A DNA stretch of 64,000 nucleotides from an uncultured Gemmatimonadales bacterium (GTDB lineage Bacteria > Gemmatimonadota > Gemmatimonadetes > Longimicrobiales > Gaopeijiaceae), in assembly GCA_963823035.1 (NCBI GenBank), contig CAWGKG010000010.1, positions 384,001 to 448,000 on the forward strand, in the 5' to 3' direction. Position 1 is the stretch's first letter, and each line of letters opens with the position of its first letter. Below the pieces are notes generated by a model. That model was not told the DNA's origin, did no database searches, and was given only the letters and a program-made list of their open reading frames with translations. Below are positions 10,311 through 20,748 of this stretch, one piece after another. The position numbers and the translations under genes were made by a program.

Positions 10311-12068
10311 GTGCGCCTACCCCTCCTGATCGCCCTCCTCCTCCTGCTGGCGGCGGCCCTCGCGGCCTCGCTCGTGCCCGCGGGGGTCGCGCTGGATCGC
10401 CGCGTCGCGGCCGAGTTGCGCCGGACGGCGGTGGAGGACCTGGGACGCGCGCCGATGATCCTCGAGGACAGCAACGCCGGGCGCGCGCAGGTGCTGTCGA
10501 TGCACGCGGCCACCGTGGCCGGCGTGGACGGCATGCTCGACGCGGTGAGCCGTGGGAATCTCGACCGGGCCGCCTCGCTCGCGCGCGGCGCGGCCGCGAT
10601 GTACGGCGAGCAGCCGGTCGTGGTCTCGAAGGAGGGCTCGGTGTTCGTCGGGCCCGGCATCGCCGACAACGTCCTCGCCGCCTTGCGCCGCGGGGAGAGC
10701 CAGGTCGAGTACATCTACCAGGACGGGATGCCGCGCGCGGTCGGGCTGGTTGCGCTCCGGAACGGAGACGTATGGGTGGGCGCCGTCGGCTCGGAGCGCC
10801 TCCTCGACTCCACCCTCGCCACCACGCTCGCGGCGCTCGCGCGTGCGGACGTCACCCTGATCGGGGCCGACGGGGCGCTGGTCGGATCGACGCTGGACTC
10901 CCTGGACGCACGCGCCCTCGGCGCCGCGATGCGGGAGGGGCGAGGCGAGCCCGAGACCGAGAAGGTGCGCACGATCGCCCTGGGCGGCGAGCAGCTCTGG
11001 GTGGCCGGGGGAACGCTGGGCCAGGCCGCGACGGTGCTCTTCAGCCGCTCGGTTTCGCAGGAGCTGGCGGCGCTTCCCGGCGTCCGTCGGGGCGCGCTGC
11101 TCGCCGGGCTCCTCACGCTCGGACTGGCGCTGGCCGTGGGTACGCTCGTGGCCGTGGGGCTCGCACGCCCGGTCCGTGGGCTCGCGCAGGCGGCGGACCG
11201 TGTCTCCGAGGGCGACTTCGACGCGCCCGTGCCCCACTCGCGCATCGAGGAGATCGACCGCCTGGGCCGCGCCTTCCGCACCATGCGCGAGAACCTGCGC
11301 GGGCGGCTGGAGGAGCTCGCGGAGGCCAACCGGGAGCTGGAGGACCGGCAGCAGCGCCTTCGCGACCTGCAGGCCGAGCTCATCCGCCAGGATCGACTGG
11401 CGTCGAGCGCGCGCATGGCGGCCGAGCTGGCACACGAGATCCGCAACCCGGTGGCCAACGTGCGCAACTGCCTCGAGGTGGTGCGCCGGGGACTCCCGGA
11501 CGGGAGCGAGGGCTCGCGCTTCGCGGACATGGCGATCGACGAGCTGCTGCGCATGCACGAGTTGGCGGAGAACCTCCTCGACCTCAACCGACCGAGCGAT
11601 CCTTCCCAGGGCACGTGCGACCCCGTGGCGGTGGCCGGCCAGGTGGCCACGCTGGTGGGCGTCGGTGAGGCGCCCGTGCCCGTCACGATCCGCTCGGGGG
11701 CGCCGGCCACCGTGCGCATGGCAGTGCCTCCCGATGCGCTCAAGCAGATCCTGTTCAACCTGGTCGAGAACGCGAGAGAGGCGACCGGTGGCCGCGACGG
11801 CATCGAGATCCACGTCGCCACGATCCCGGGCGCGGTACGTCTCGAGGTGCTCGACCGCGGGCCCGGGATCTCCGAGGACGCGCTCCCGCAGCTCTTCGAT
11901 CCGTTCTTCACCACCAAGCACGCGGTGCACGGCGTCGGGCTCGGCCTCTTCGTCGCCGAGGGTCTGATCCGTCGCTACGGTGGCCGCATGCACGCCTCGA
12001 ACCGCGAGGACGGGCCGGGTGCCCGCTTCCGCATCGAGGCGCCACGGGCCGCGGGGGAACCGTCATGA
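10311..12068 (+). CDS. Membrane sensor histidine kinase (2 TM, periplasmic domain, HAMP, HisKA, HATPase)
   Basis: AHEIRNP H-box, QILFNLVENA N-box, DRGPGI, FDPFFTTK, GLGL. Confidence 0.92.
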   Translation: MRLPLLIALLLLLAAALAASLVPAGVALDRRVAAELRRTAVEDLGRAPMILEDSNAGRAQVLSMHAATVAGVDGMLDAVSRGNLDRAASLARGAAAMYGEQPVVVSKEGSVFVGPGIADNVLAALRRGESQVEYIYQDGMPRAVGLVALRNGDVWVGAVGSERLLDSTLATTLAALARADVTLIGADGALVGSTLDSLDARALGAAMREGRGEPETEKVRTIALGGEQLWVAGGTLGQAATVLFSRSVSQELAALPGVRRGALLAGLLTLGLALAVGTLVAVGLARPVRGLAQAADRVSEGDFDAPVPHSRIEEIDRLGRAFRTMRENLRGRLEELAEANRELEDRQQRLRDLQAELIRQDRLASSARMAAELAHEIRNPVANVRNCLEVVRRGLPDGSEGSRFADMAIDELLRMHELAENLLDLNRPSDPSQGTCDPVAVAGQVATLVGVGEAPVPVTIRSGAPATVRMAVPPDALKQILFNLVENAREATGGRDGIEIHVATIPGAVRLEVLDRGPGISEDALPQLFDPFFTTKHAVHGVGLGLFVAEGLIRRYGGRMHASNREDGPGARFRIEAPRAAGEPS

Positions 12069-13423
12069 CGAAGCACCCGCGCCGTCGCGTCCTGGTCGTC
12101 GACGACGACCGTACCTTCCGCCTGTCCACCGCGGAGCTGCTGCGCCAGGACGGGCACGACGTCGACGTTGCCGCCGACGCGTCGGAGGCGGTGGAGCGCC
12201 TTTCGGGGGGAGGCTTCGACCTGGTGCTCCTCGACATGCGCATGCCGGGGATGGACGGGCTCACGGCCGTGGAGGTGTTACGCACCCGCGGTCTGCGCAC
12301 GCCGATCCTCATGATCAGCGGCTTCGGCACGATCGACACGGCGGTGGAGTCGCTGCACCGCGGTGCGGACCACTTCCTGGCCAAGCCGGTGGATCCGGAC
12401 GTCCTGAGCGCCAAGGTGGCCGAGCTGCTGGAGCGCAGGCCCGCGGCGGAGCGTGTCCGCGAGGGCGCGCTCGGCGCCATGGTCGGGCACGCGCGCGTGA
12501 TGCGCGAAGTGTTCGACGCCGTGCGCAGCGTGGCGCCGACCGAGACGACCGTGCTCATCACCGGGGAGACGGGGACCGGCAAGGAGCTCCTGGCGCGCGC
12601 CGTCCACGATCTCTCGGAGCGGGCGTCCGGGCCGTTCGTGCCGGTGAACTGCGCCGCGCTGGCCGAAGGTGTGCTGGAGAGCGAGCTCTTCGGGCACGTG
12701 CGCGGGTCGTTCACGGGTGCGGTGGTCGACCGGAAGGGGTTGTTCGCGGCGGCGGCCGGCGGGACGATCTTCCTCGACGAGGTGGGCGACGTGAGCCTCG
12801 CGCTCCAGCAGCGCCTGCTGCGGGTCATCCAGGAGCGGGAGGTGGTGCCGGTCGGAGCCGTGCGCGCGGAGCGCGTCGACGTGCGTGTGGTGGCGGCCAC
12901 GCACCGCGACCTGGCCGAGGAGATCCGGGTCGGCCGCTTTCGCGAGGACCTGTACTATCGGCTGAACGTGTTCCGCGTCGACGTGCCGCCGCTGCGCGAG
13001 CGCGCCTCGGACATCCCGCTCCTCGTCGAGGCTGCCCTCGGGCGCCTCCGCGAGCGGAGCCCCCGCTCCTCGCCGCCCGCCGCCTTCTCTCCGCTGGCCA
13101 TGAGGCTGATGCGCAGCCACGCGTGGCCCGGCAACGTCCGCGAGCTCTTCAGCGTGGTCGAGAGCGCGGTGATCCGGGCGGGCGGGCCGCGCATCGAGGC
13201 GCAGCACCTCCCGGCGCCCATCCGCGATCCGGAGGGGCGGGGCGCGACGCCCGGGATGGAGGAGCGCTACAAGGCCGGGGACCCGGAGTCCGAGCGCGAG
13301 GCCATCGTGGCGGCGCTCACCGAGGCCGAGGGGTCGCGATCCCGCGCCGCCGACCTCCTCGGGATGAGCCGCACCACCCTCTGGCGTCGCATGAAGGAGT
13401 TCGGGCTGGGCGACGACGAGTAG
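12065..13423 (+). CDS. Sigma54-dependent (NtrC-family) response regulator
   Basis: Receiver domain DMRMP; GETGTGKE; ESELFGHVRGSFTGA; FLDEVG; WPGNVREL; Fis-type HTH. Confidence 0.95.
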   Translation: MTKHPRRRVLVVDDDRTFRLSTAELLRQDGHDVDVAADASEAVERLSGGGFDLVLLDMRMPGMDGLTAVEVLRTRGLRTPILMISGFGTIDTAVESLHRGADHFLAKPVDPDVLSAKVAELLERRPAAERVREGALGAMVGHARVMREVFDAVRSVAPTETTVLITGETGTGKELLARAVHDLSERASGPFVPVNCAALAEGVLESELFGHVRGSFTGAVVDRKGLFAAAAGGTIFLDEVGDVSLALQQRLLRVIQEREVVPVGAVRAERVDVRVVAATHRDLAEEIRVGRFREDLYYRLNVFRVDVPPLRERASDIPLLVEAALGRLRERSPRSSPPAAFSPLAMRLMRSHAWPGNVRELFSVVESAVIRAGGPRIEAQHLPAPIRDPEGRGATPGMEERYKAGDPESEREAIVAALTEAEGSRSRAADLLGMSRTTLWRRMKEFGLGDDE

Positions 13424-13432
13424 CCCGTCGCC

Positions 13433-13454
13433 GTTTCACGAGGCGGGCTGAAAC
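13433..13454. promoter_or_regulatory. Candidate enhancer (UAS) palindrome GTTTCA-N10-TGAAAC
   Basis: Perfect 6-bp inverted repeat ~100 bp upstream of the sigma54 promoter; a second GTTTCA half-site 32 bp downstream (13465). Confidence 0.55.
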
Positions 13455-13555
13455 AACACGGCGCGTTTCATGGAACCCTGCGCAAGGGTCCCGGGAAGTC
13501 CCGTAAATCGTCTTCTGACAACGCTTTGAGTCCTCCGTAGGACGGGTACGGCAGG

Positions 13556-13571
13556 TGGCATGGCCGTTGCC
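13556..13571 (+). promoter_or_regulatory. Sigma54 -24/-12 promoter
   Basis: TGGCATGGCCGTTGCC = GG-N10-GC consensus, upstream of GGAGG RBS and ATG 13618. Confidence 0.85.
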
Positions 13572-13617
13572 CCTCATGGGTTCCCTCAAGAGACACACGA
13601 ACCCGCGGAGGTGAATC

Positions 13618-15396
13618 ATGCGCTTCGACGTTCGAAGGCTCCTCGTACCGCTGCTCACCGTGGCCGCCATGGCCGCATGCAGCAGCTCCGACGACGGCAT
13701 GGGTCCGGACATGCCCACGCCCCTCGACCCGGCCGCCGCGCCGCGCGCCACGATCGATCGGTTCAGCGACGCGGCCGCGACGCTCTTCAAGCGGAGCGGC
13801 AACGCGTCGATGCCGGCCGCCGGCGCCGCCATCGACTTCGACCAGGCCCCCTTCATCACGCAGGGACTCGGGCCCGACGGCGCGCCGGTGCGCTACTACA
13901 ACTTCGACGTCATGTCCGCGCAGCCGGCGCCGATCTTCGTGCTCTTCCGCGAGGGGAGTTCCACGCCGGTCTCCGGCCAGATCAACATCGTCGACGTGAT
14001 CCCGGGCGACGCGGGCTACAACGACTTCTGGCAGGTGAACAAGGTCACCGTGCCGGCCGACTACGTCGCCAACACGGTGACGAGCGCGCAGGCCGTCGTG
14101 GACGGCGGCTACGCCGTCCAGGCCACCGACATGATCGTGAACTGTCCGATCGTGCCGGAGGGCTCGACAGCCAGCGAGGGACCGGGCGCCGCCGGGCTCA
14201 CCATGGGGTGGTACAAGGACCAGGTGGTCTTCTACTTCGACTTCAACGAGGCGTCACTCACCGCCACGCCGTCCGGTGCCGTACCGAGCAGCGACATCTT
14301 CGTCGCCTTCAACGTGAACCCGGACCAGGCGGGCGGAGGCCCGCGCGTCGGGCTTCATGGCGCAGGGCAGCTCCACGCAGACGCACAACGTGGTCGAGAC
14401 GGTTCCCGGCGATACGGACTACTCGCCGCTGTGGGACGTGATGCCGTACGACAACGCGGACTTCGGCGCCGTGCACGACCTGCTCAGCGCGATGGCCGTC
14501 GACAACTTCGGGCTCGCCGCCACGGTGAACTGCCCGATCGTCTTCGTCGGCCAGGCGCCCGGAAACGCGGCGACCGCCGAAGAGGTCGTGGTCGACCGCT
14601 TCAGCGACGACGCGGGGCACCTCTTCATGCGCAGCGCCAACGCCGCCCTCCCTGGCGCGGGCGAGGCGATCGACTTCGACCAGGAGCCGTTCATCTCGCA
14701 GGGCCTCGGGCCCGACGGGCAGGTCGTGCGCTACTACAACTTCGACGTCCAGCCCACCGCGCCCGCGCCGATCTTCGCGCTCTTCTACGAGAGCGGTGAC
14801 CCGGTTGCCGGGGCAGCACAACATCGTGGACGACGTCCCGGGCGACTCGGACTACAACGACTTCTGGCAGGTGGTGAAGGTCACGGTCCCGGACGGCTAC
14901 CTCGCGAACGCGGCGACCGGCCTGCAGGACCTGGTGGACGCCGGCTACGACATGGAGTTCACGGACATCCTGGTGAACTGCCCGATCGTGCCCGACGGCT
15001 CGACGGCGACGATGCGCCTCAACAGCACGGACACGGGGCTGACGACGGGGTGGTACCAGGGCAAGGTGGTCTACTACTTCAACTTCTTCGAGGCGCCGCT
15101 GAGCGCGACGACGGACGGCGCCGTGCCCACCAGCGACATCTACGTCTCCTTCAACGTCAACCCGGACCAGCCCGGTGGCGGCCCGCCCTCGGGCTTCATG
15201 GCCGAGACGGGCACGCAGCCAGACGCACAACGTCGTGGAGACCGTCCCGGGTGACGCGGCCTACTCGCCGCTGTGGGACGTGATGCCGTACGACAACGCG
15301 TCGTTCGACGGCGTGCACGACCTCGCCAGCGCGATGATGGCGATGAACTTCGGGCTGGCCGCCACGGTCAACTGCCCGATCGTGTTCATGCAATGA
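13618..15396 (+). CDS. Internally duplicated lipoprotein (~590 aa) with four PGD..Y..(F/L)W.V / VNCPIV subdomains; three +1 frameshifts
   Basis: Lipobox AMAAC; ORF pieces 13618, 14357, 14796 and 15175 join into two tandem homologous halves; apparent extra bases near 14344, 14811 and 15219, inferred by aligning the halves. Confidence 0.8.
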
Positions 15397-16513
15397 GCTT
15401 CGCGCGCTCCTTCGGCGCGGTCCTCGTCGGCGTGGTGGTCGGGGGTTTCTCCCCGGCCACCGCGCAGTCGGTGGCCGCCCGCACGCCGAACCTGTCTGGA
15501 GGTTGGACGGCGCCTCGAGGCGTGGTGCAGTTCAACCTCGTGCACCGGTTCACCATGAGTGAGGCCCCGCTCCGCAAGGTCACGAACACGCCGACCTTCC
15601 ACGTAGGGACGGGCATCACCGATCGGCTGATGGTCGGCTTCGTCTACGGCTCGAACTCCGCGCTGGTGCCGTCCTATCCGAACGAGTGGGAGTTCTACGC
15701 TCGCGCGTTACCCCTCTCCGAGGCGGGAGGCGCGCCGGCCGACGTGTCGGTGCAGGGCGGCTACAACGTCGCGTCGGAGAGCGCGGACGGCGAGTTGCTG
15801 GTGGCGCGTAGCCTGGGGCGCGTGAAGCTGCTCGCGGCCGGGCGCGCGTTCTCCAGCGCCTACGACAGCACGGCGGCACGTTTCGCCGTCACGGGCGGGG
15901 CCGTCCTGCGGCTCACCCCGACCGTGTCGCTCGCGGGGGACTACGGCACGCTTCTCGACCGCGCCGAGGGCGAGTCCGCCGCGTGGAGCGCCGGCGTCCA
16001 GGTCGGCGTGCCCTACACGCCGCACAGCCTCTCGATCCACGCGACGAACGTCGGCACGGCGTCGCTGGAGGGGGCGTCCCGGGGGTCGCGGACGCGGTGG
16101 GGCTTCGAATACACGATCCCGATCACGCTGCGCCGGTACGTCCGCTCCGGCGGCGGTGGGGCACGGGGGCCGTGCCGCGCGCCACGGACATGACGATGGC
16201 GATGGCGGGCGCGGACACGGTCTTCGTGGACATCCACAACCTCGCGTACCAGACGGAGGCGCTCGAGGTGGCCACCGGTGCGACGGTCGTGTGGCGGAAC
16301 ATGGACCCGGTGCAGCACTCGGTCATCGCCGACGACGAGAGCTTCGACTCGGGGCTCATCGATCCGGGCAAGACGTTCACCGTGACGTTCACCGAGCCCG
16401 GGGAGCACGGCTACCACTGCATGCCGCATCCGTTCATGAAGGCACGGGTGGTGGTGCGCGCCGCGATGGACGATGCCGCGAAAGCGGCGCCACAGAGGGA
16501 GGAGGACGCATGA
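15393..16513 (+). CDS. Outer-membrane beta-barrel-like protein (DUF5777-like) apparently fused to a C-terminal cupredoxin; frameshift near 16160
   Basis: Signal peptide ...SPATA|Q; GVVQFNLVHRF; alternating beta-strand pattern ending RWGFEYTIP; then MTMAM linker and HSV...YHCMPHPFM type-1 Cu site. Confidence 0.72.
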
Positions 16514-16902
16514 GGACGATCACGGGGGCGAAGGCCGGTCGCGCCGGAAGCACGATCCGCGGGCTGCTCCTCCTCGGCCTGGGGGCGGTCGTCTTCGGGT
16601 GCAGCCAGCACCAGGACCCGATGATGTCGCCCGATGACGGGGGCGATGTGGTCGAGGTCGAGATCCGGAACTTCGAGTTCTCCGTGCCGGACCTGCACGT
16701 GGCGCCCGGCACGACCGTACGCTGGCGAAATACCGTGGACAACTACCACACCGTCACGCCCGACGGGCACCAGGCCTGGCAGCAGTGGCAGACCACGCGC
16801 TCGGGGGAGACGTTCGAGGTCACCTTCGACGACGCCGGATCGTATCCATACTACTGCGCCGTGCATCGATCACTGATGACGGGCACGGTCGTGGTGGAGT
16901 AG
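16510..16902 (+). CDS. Cupredoxin (plastocyanin/azurin-like) lipoprotein
   Basis: Lipobox VFGC; YHTV...YYCAVHRSLM type-1 Cu ligands; GGAGG RBS and ATGA overlap. Confidence 0.85.
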   Translation: MRTITGAKAGRAGSTIRGLLLLGLGAVVFGCSQHQDPMMSPDDGGDVVEVEIRNFEFSVPDLHVAPGTTVRWRNTVDNYHTVTPDGHQAWQQWQTTRSGETFEVTFDDAGSYPYYCAVHRSLMTGTVVVE

Positions 16903-17019
16903 GGAGCGGAGGGACGGTCGAGCACGGGTGGGCCGCTTCTCCCTCCCACGGCCCGGTGAGCCTACATTACGTGCTCGCCGGGCCGTTCTGCCCCCCGCGT
17001 TCCCCACCCCAGGTGACCG

Positions 17020-18204
17020 ATGGCCAGGTTCGAAGGCATCGACTTCTACGACGTCGACTCGCTCCTCTCCGAAGAGGAGCGCATGGTGCGCGACACGATC
17101 CGCGCGTGGGTCGAGGACCGCCTCATGCCGATCATCGGCGAGGCCTACGTGGGCCATCGGATGCCGCGTGAGCTGATCCCGGAGCTGGGAGAGCTCGGCG
17201 TCCTGGGCGCGAACCTCCCCGAGGAGTACGGCTGCGCGGGGCTCAACAACGTGGCCTACGGGCTCATCATGCAGGAGCTGGAGCGCGGGGACTCGGGGCT
17301 GCGCTCCTTCGCGTCCGTCCAGGGCAGCCTCGTCATGTATCCGATCTTCGCCTTCGGCTCGGAGGAGCAGAAGCGCGCGTGGCTCCCGAAGCTCGCGTCC
17401 GGCGAGGCGGTCGGCTGCTTCGGCCTCACCGAGCCCGACTACGGCTCCAACCCGGCCGGAATGGTCACCCGCGCCGAGAAGACGTCGGACGGGTGGGTCC
17501 TGAACGGCGCCAAGATGTGGATCACCAACGGGTCGCTCGCGGACGTGGCGGTGGTCTGGGCGCAAACGGGCGACGCCGGTGACGTGCGCACGATCCGCGG
17601 CTTCGTGGTGCCCAAGACGGCGGACGGCTTCAGCGCGCGCGACCAGAAGGGCAAGCTCAGCCTCCTGGCCTCGGACACGAGCGAGCTGGTCTTCGAGGAC
17701 GTCCACCTTCCGGAGGACGCCATGCTCCCCCGGAGCACGGGTGGCCTCAAGCATCCGCTCATGTGCCTGACCCAGGCCCGCTACGGCATCGCGTGGGGCG
17801 CCGTCGGCGCGGCCATGGCCTGCTTCGACGAGGCGCGCTCGTATTCGAAGGAGCGGGTGATGTTCGACGGACCGATCGGAGGGAAGCAGCTGCAGCAGGC
17901 GCGCCTCGCCGACATGCTCACGAAGATCACGCAGGGGCAGCTCCTCACCTGGCGCCTCGGTCGGCTGAAGGACGAGGGGACGATGACCCCGCAGCAGGTA
18001 TCGCTCGCGAAGCGCGCGAATGTGGACATGGCCTGCGATATCGCGCGCGAGGCGCGTAGGCTTCTCGGTGCGAACGGCATCCTCGTCGAGTACCATTCGA
18101 TGCGCCACATGGCCAACCTCGAGTCGGTCTACACCTACGAGGGAACGCACGACATCCACACGCTCGTGCTGGGCCAGGCCGTGACGGGGCTCTCCGCCTT
18201 CTAG
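17020..18204 (+). CDS. Acyl-CoA dehydrogenase (glutaryl-CoA dehydrogenase-like)
   Basis: ELERGDSGLRSFASVQGSL, CFGLTEPDYGSNP, LNGAKMWITNG, NLESVYTYEGT. Confidence 0.92.
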   Translation: MARFEGIDFYDVDSLLSEEERMVRDTIRAWVEDRLMPIIGEAYVGHRMPRELIPELGELGVLGANLPEEYGCAGLNNVAYGLIMQELERGDSGLRSFASVQGSLVMYPIFAFGSEEQKRAWLPKLASGEAVGCFGLTEPDYGSNPAGMVTRAEKTSDGWVLNGAKMWITNGSLADVAVVWAQTGDAGDVRTIRGFVVPKTADGFSARDQKGKLSLLASDTSELVFEDVHLPEDAMLPRSTGGLKHPLMCLTQARYGIAWGAVGAAMACFDEARSYSKERVMFDGPIGGKQLQQARLADMLTKITQGQLLTWRLGRLKDEGTMTPQQVSLAKRANVDMACDIAREARRLLGANGILVEYHSMRHMANLESVYTYEGTHDIHTLVLGQAVTGLSAF

Positions 18205-18786
18205 CACCCTACGATGCCCCCCGAATGTGCCCGCGCCCGCTCTGGGATCCCCCTCGATGCGTGGGGGAGAAACGGCGAGCTTCGGGGGCGCTCGCACCGT
18301 TCGGCACGACTCCGCGCCAGAATGCGCAGTAGGGACATCGACCTCGAGAATGTCCGTTGTGATCACTCGTGAATCCGGCTATGGTGCGCTGCGCGGATCC
18401 GCGCAGCGCGGGTGGTTCTTGTGGGGAAAAACATCCGTAGATGTACGGAGAATTCCCATTGCGGCCTCCCCGGAGTTTCCACTACCATTCTCCAGCGGCC
18501 CTCCCCCGTATCGTCATGACATCGTGGTTGTTCTGCGAATCCGGCCCTCACCGGGTTCCATTGAGATCGGAGCCAATGCATGAGGATCCCATCCAACAGG
18601 GTCGCTCTTCTCTCCCTGCTGGCACCCCCCGTCACGGGCTCCGACGGTCACGCGAACAAGAGCGTGGCGCGCTCTGCGCGCGCCGCGGTCGATGCGTGCG
18701 GAGCTACGGGCTGTCGGCCCGGACGAAGGTCGATCTGACCCCCTTGTTCCAACGCGACGCGGCGCATTGACCCGGGGACCGACGCG

Positions 18787-18814
18787 CGGTGACTACGCCC
18801 CGGTGACTACGCCC
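18787..18814. repeat. Perfect 14-bp tandem repeat (CGGTGACTACGCCC x2)
   Basis: Read directly from the sequence, upstream of the multiheme cytochrome gene. Confidence 0.85.
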
Positions 18815-18961
18815 AGAGAAGCTGCCGCCCGACCGTCGGACCGGGCAGCCGCGACCGATCGCGGGTCCGAGCCGTCACGCCTATCTTCCGGGGCGGACCC
18901 GGGGGGCGTGGGACCGATCTTCCCCCGAGACCTCGGACGCTTTGACCCGGAAGCCGAATCG

Positions 18962-20687
18962 ATGATGGAAATGCTACGTTCGCTGCCTGGCCGAATCGCG
19001 TCATGGGCGGGCTCCCTCTCCGCGCCCGCGCTGGCCGTCATCGGCATCGCGATCGCCGCGTCCGTGGGCGCCGGTGGCTTCTACGCCTACCAGACGTACG
19101 ACTATGTGCAGCACGACAACGACTTCTGCCTGTCGTGCCACCTCATGGTCGAGCCCTACGAGCGCTTCGCCCGCAGCGCGCACCGCGGATTGGGGTGCAA
19201 GGCCTGCCACCAGCCCACGCTGGTGGTGCGCAGCCAGATGGCGCTCACCCAGATCGTCGAGAACCCGGACTCCCTCGGGGCGCACGCGAAGGTCAGCAAC
19301 GAGAAGTGCGCGGGCTGCCACATCGACGGTGACCCGGAGAAGTGGGAGCTCATCAAGAACTCGGCGGGCCACAAGGTGCACCTGGAGTCGAAGGACTCCA
19401 CGCTCCAGGGGCTGCAGTGCGTGCGCTGCCACGCCACGTCGCTGCACGAGTTCGCGGCGACCGACAAGACGTGCGCGCAGGCGGGCTGCCACGAAGACAA
19501 CAAGATCATGCTGGCGGGCATGAAGGACCTGACGATCCACTGCGCCGCCTGCCACGACTTCAGCCGACCGGTACCGGAGGGTGGTGGGGCCGAGGCCGTG
19601 CTCGCCGCTCTGAGCCCGGACCAGAACGAGTGTCTCACCTGCCACGAGATGCGCGTCCTGGTGAACCTCCCTGATCCGGATCCACACAAGGGCGCGTGCG
19701 CGGCGTGCCACAATCCGCACACGCAGGCCACCCCCGCAGGCGGCTGTGGAGTCGTGCACGAAGTCCGGGTGCCACACGCAGGCCGACACGCTTTCTCCGT
19801 TCCATCGCGGGATGGGCCCGGGCGTGCTCGAGAACTGCGTCAACTGCCACAACGCCCACGACTTCCACGTGGACGACAGCAACTGCCTCTCGTGCCACAC
19901 CGGGGTCTTCCGCGACTCGGTGCGCGCCGACCCCGGTGGCGTAGCGATGCGACCGTCGGTGGCCCACCCGGCCGTGCCCTCCTCCTTCGCGGGCATCGGC
20001 GCGCCCCCGTCCGAGGGCGCCTGGTGGCTCCATCCGGCTCAGCGGGCGCAGCCTCAGACCGCGCCGCAGACCATCCGACAGGACGGGCCGCGCTTCCTCC
20101 ACTCGCAACACCGGGGCGTCGCCTGTCTGAACTGCCACGACGCGACGCAGAGCCACGGTGGGCTCAAGGTCACCTCGATCTCCGATTGCCGGAGTTGCCA
20201 CCACACGGGCGGATTGAGCACGAACTGCACGCGCTGCCACCAGAGCGGGGACGCGCGCGGGGACCCGCACACGGAGCGGCGCACGTTGACCCTATCGGTC
20301 GGCGGGCCGGTGGAGCGTGACCTCCCCTTCCGGCACGAGAACCACACGGGTGAGTCTTGCTCGGTGTGCCATACACAGGGGCTCCAGCTCAGCGCCGCTT
20401 CCGTCGACTGCAACGGGTGTCACGAGCAACACCACGCGCTGGACAACGACTGTACGCTGTGCCACCTCCAACCTCCGGTGAGCGCCCACCCCGTCACGGC
20501 GGCCCACGAGACCTGTTCGGGCTCAGGGTGCCATACCGCGCCACCGTTCCAGAACCTCCCCACCTCGACCCGACAGGTCTGCCTGGTGTGTCACCAGCAG
20601 CAGAAGGACCACATGCCCGGCCAGATCTGCGCAGACTGCCACGCGATCAAGCAGCCGGCCGGCGCGGGCGGGAGGGCAGGTGTTTGA
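18962..20687 (+). CDS. Membrane-anchored multiheme cytochrome c (~20 hemes) with NapC/NrfH-like N-terminus; frameshift near 19738
   Basis: N-terminal TM, then FCLSCHLM; 8 heme motifs before and 12 after the frameshift (17 CxxCH, 3 CX4CH). Confidence 0.85.
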
Positions 20688-20748
20688 GGATCGGACCGAG
20701 GGACCGCGTCGCCGGCCACATCAGGAATCCACTCGAGGGAGGAGTATC

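Noticed and set aside
13618..15396. Programmed frameshifting or phase variation in the repeat lipoprotein
   Set aside because: No slippery heptamers or long simple repeats; similar indels occur throughout the window
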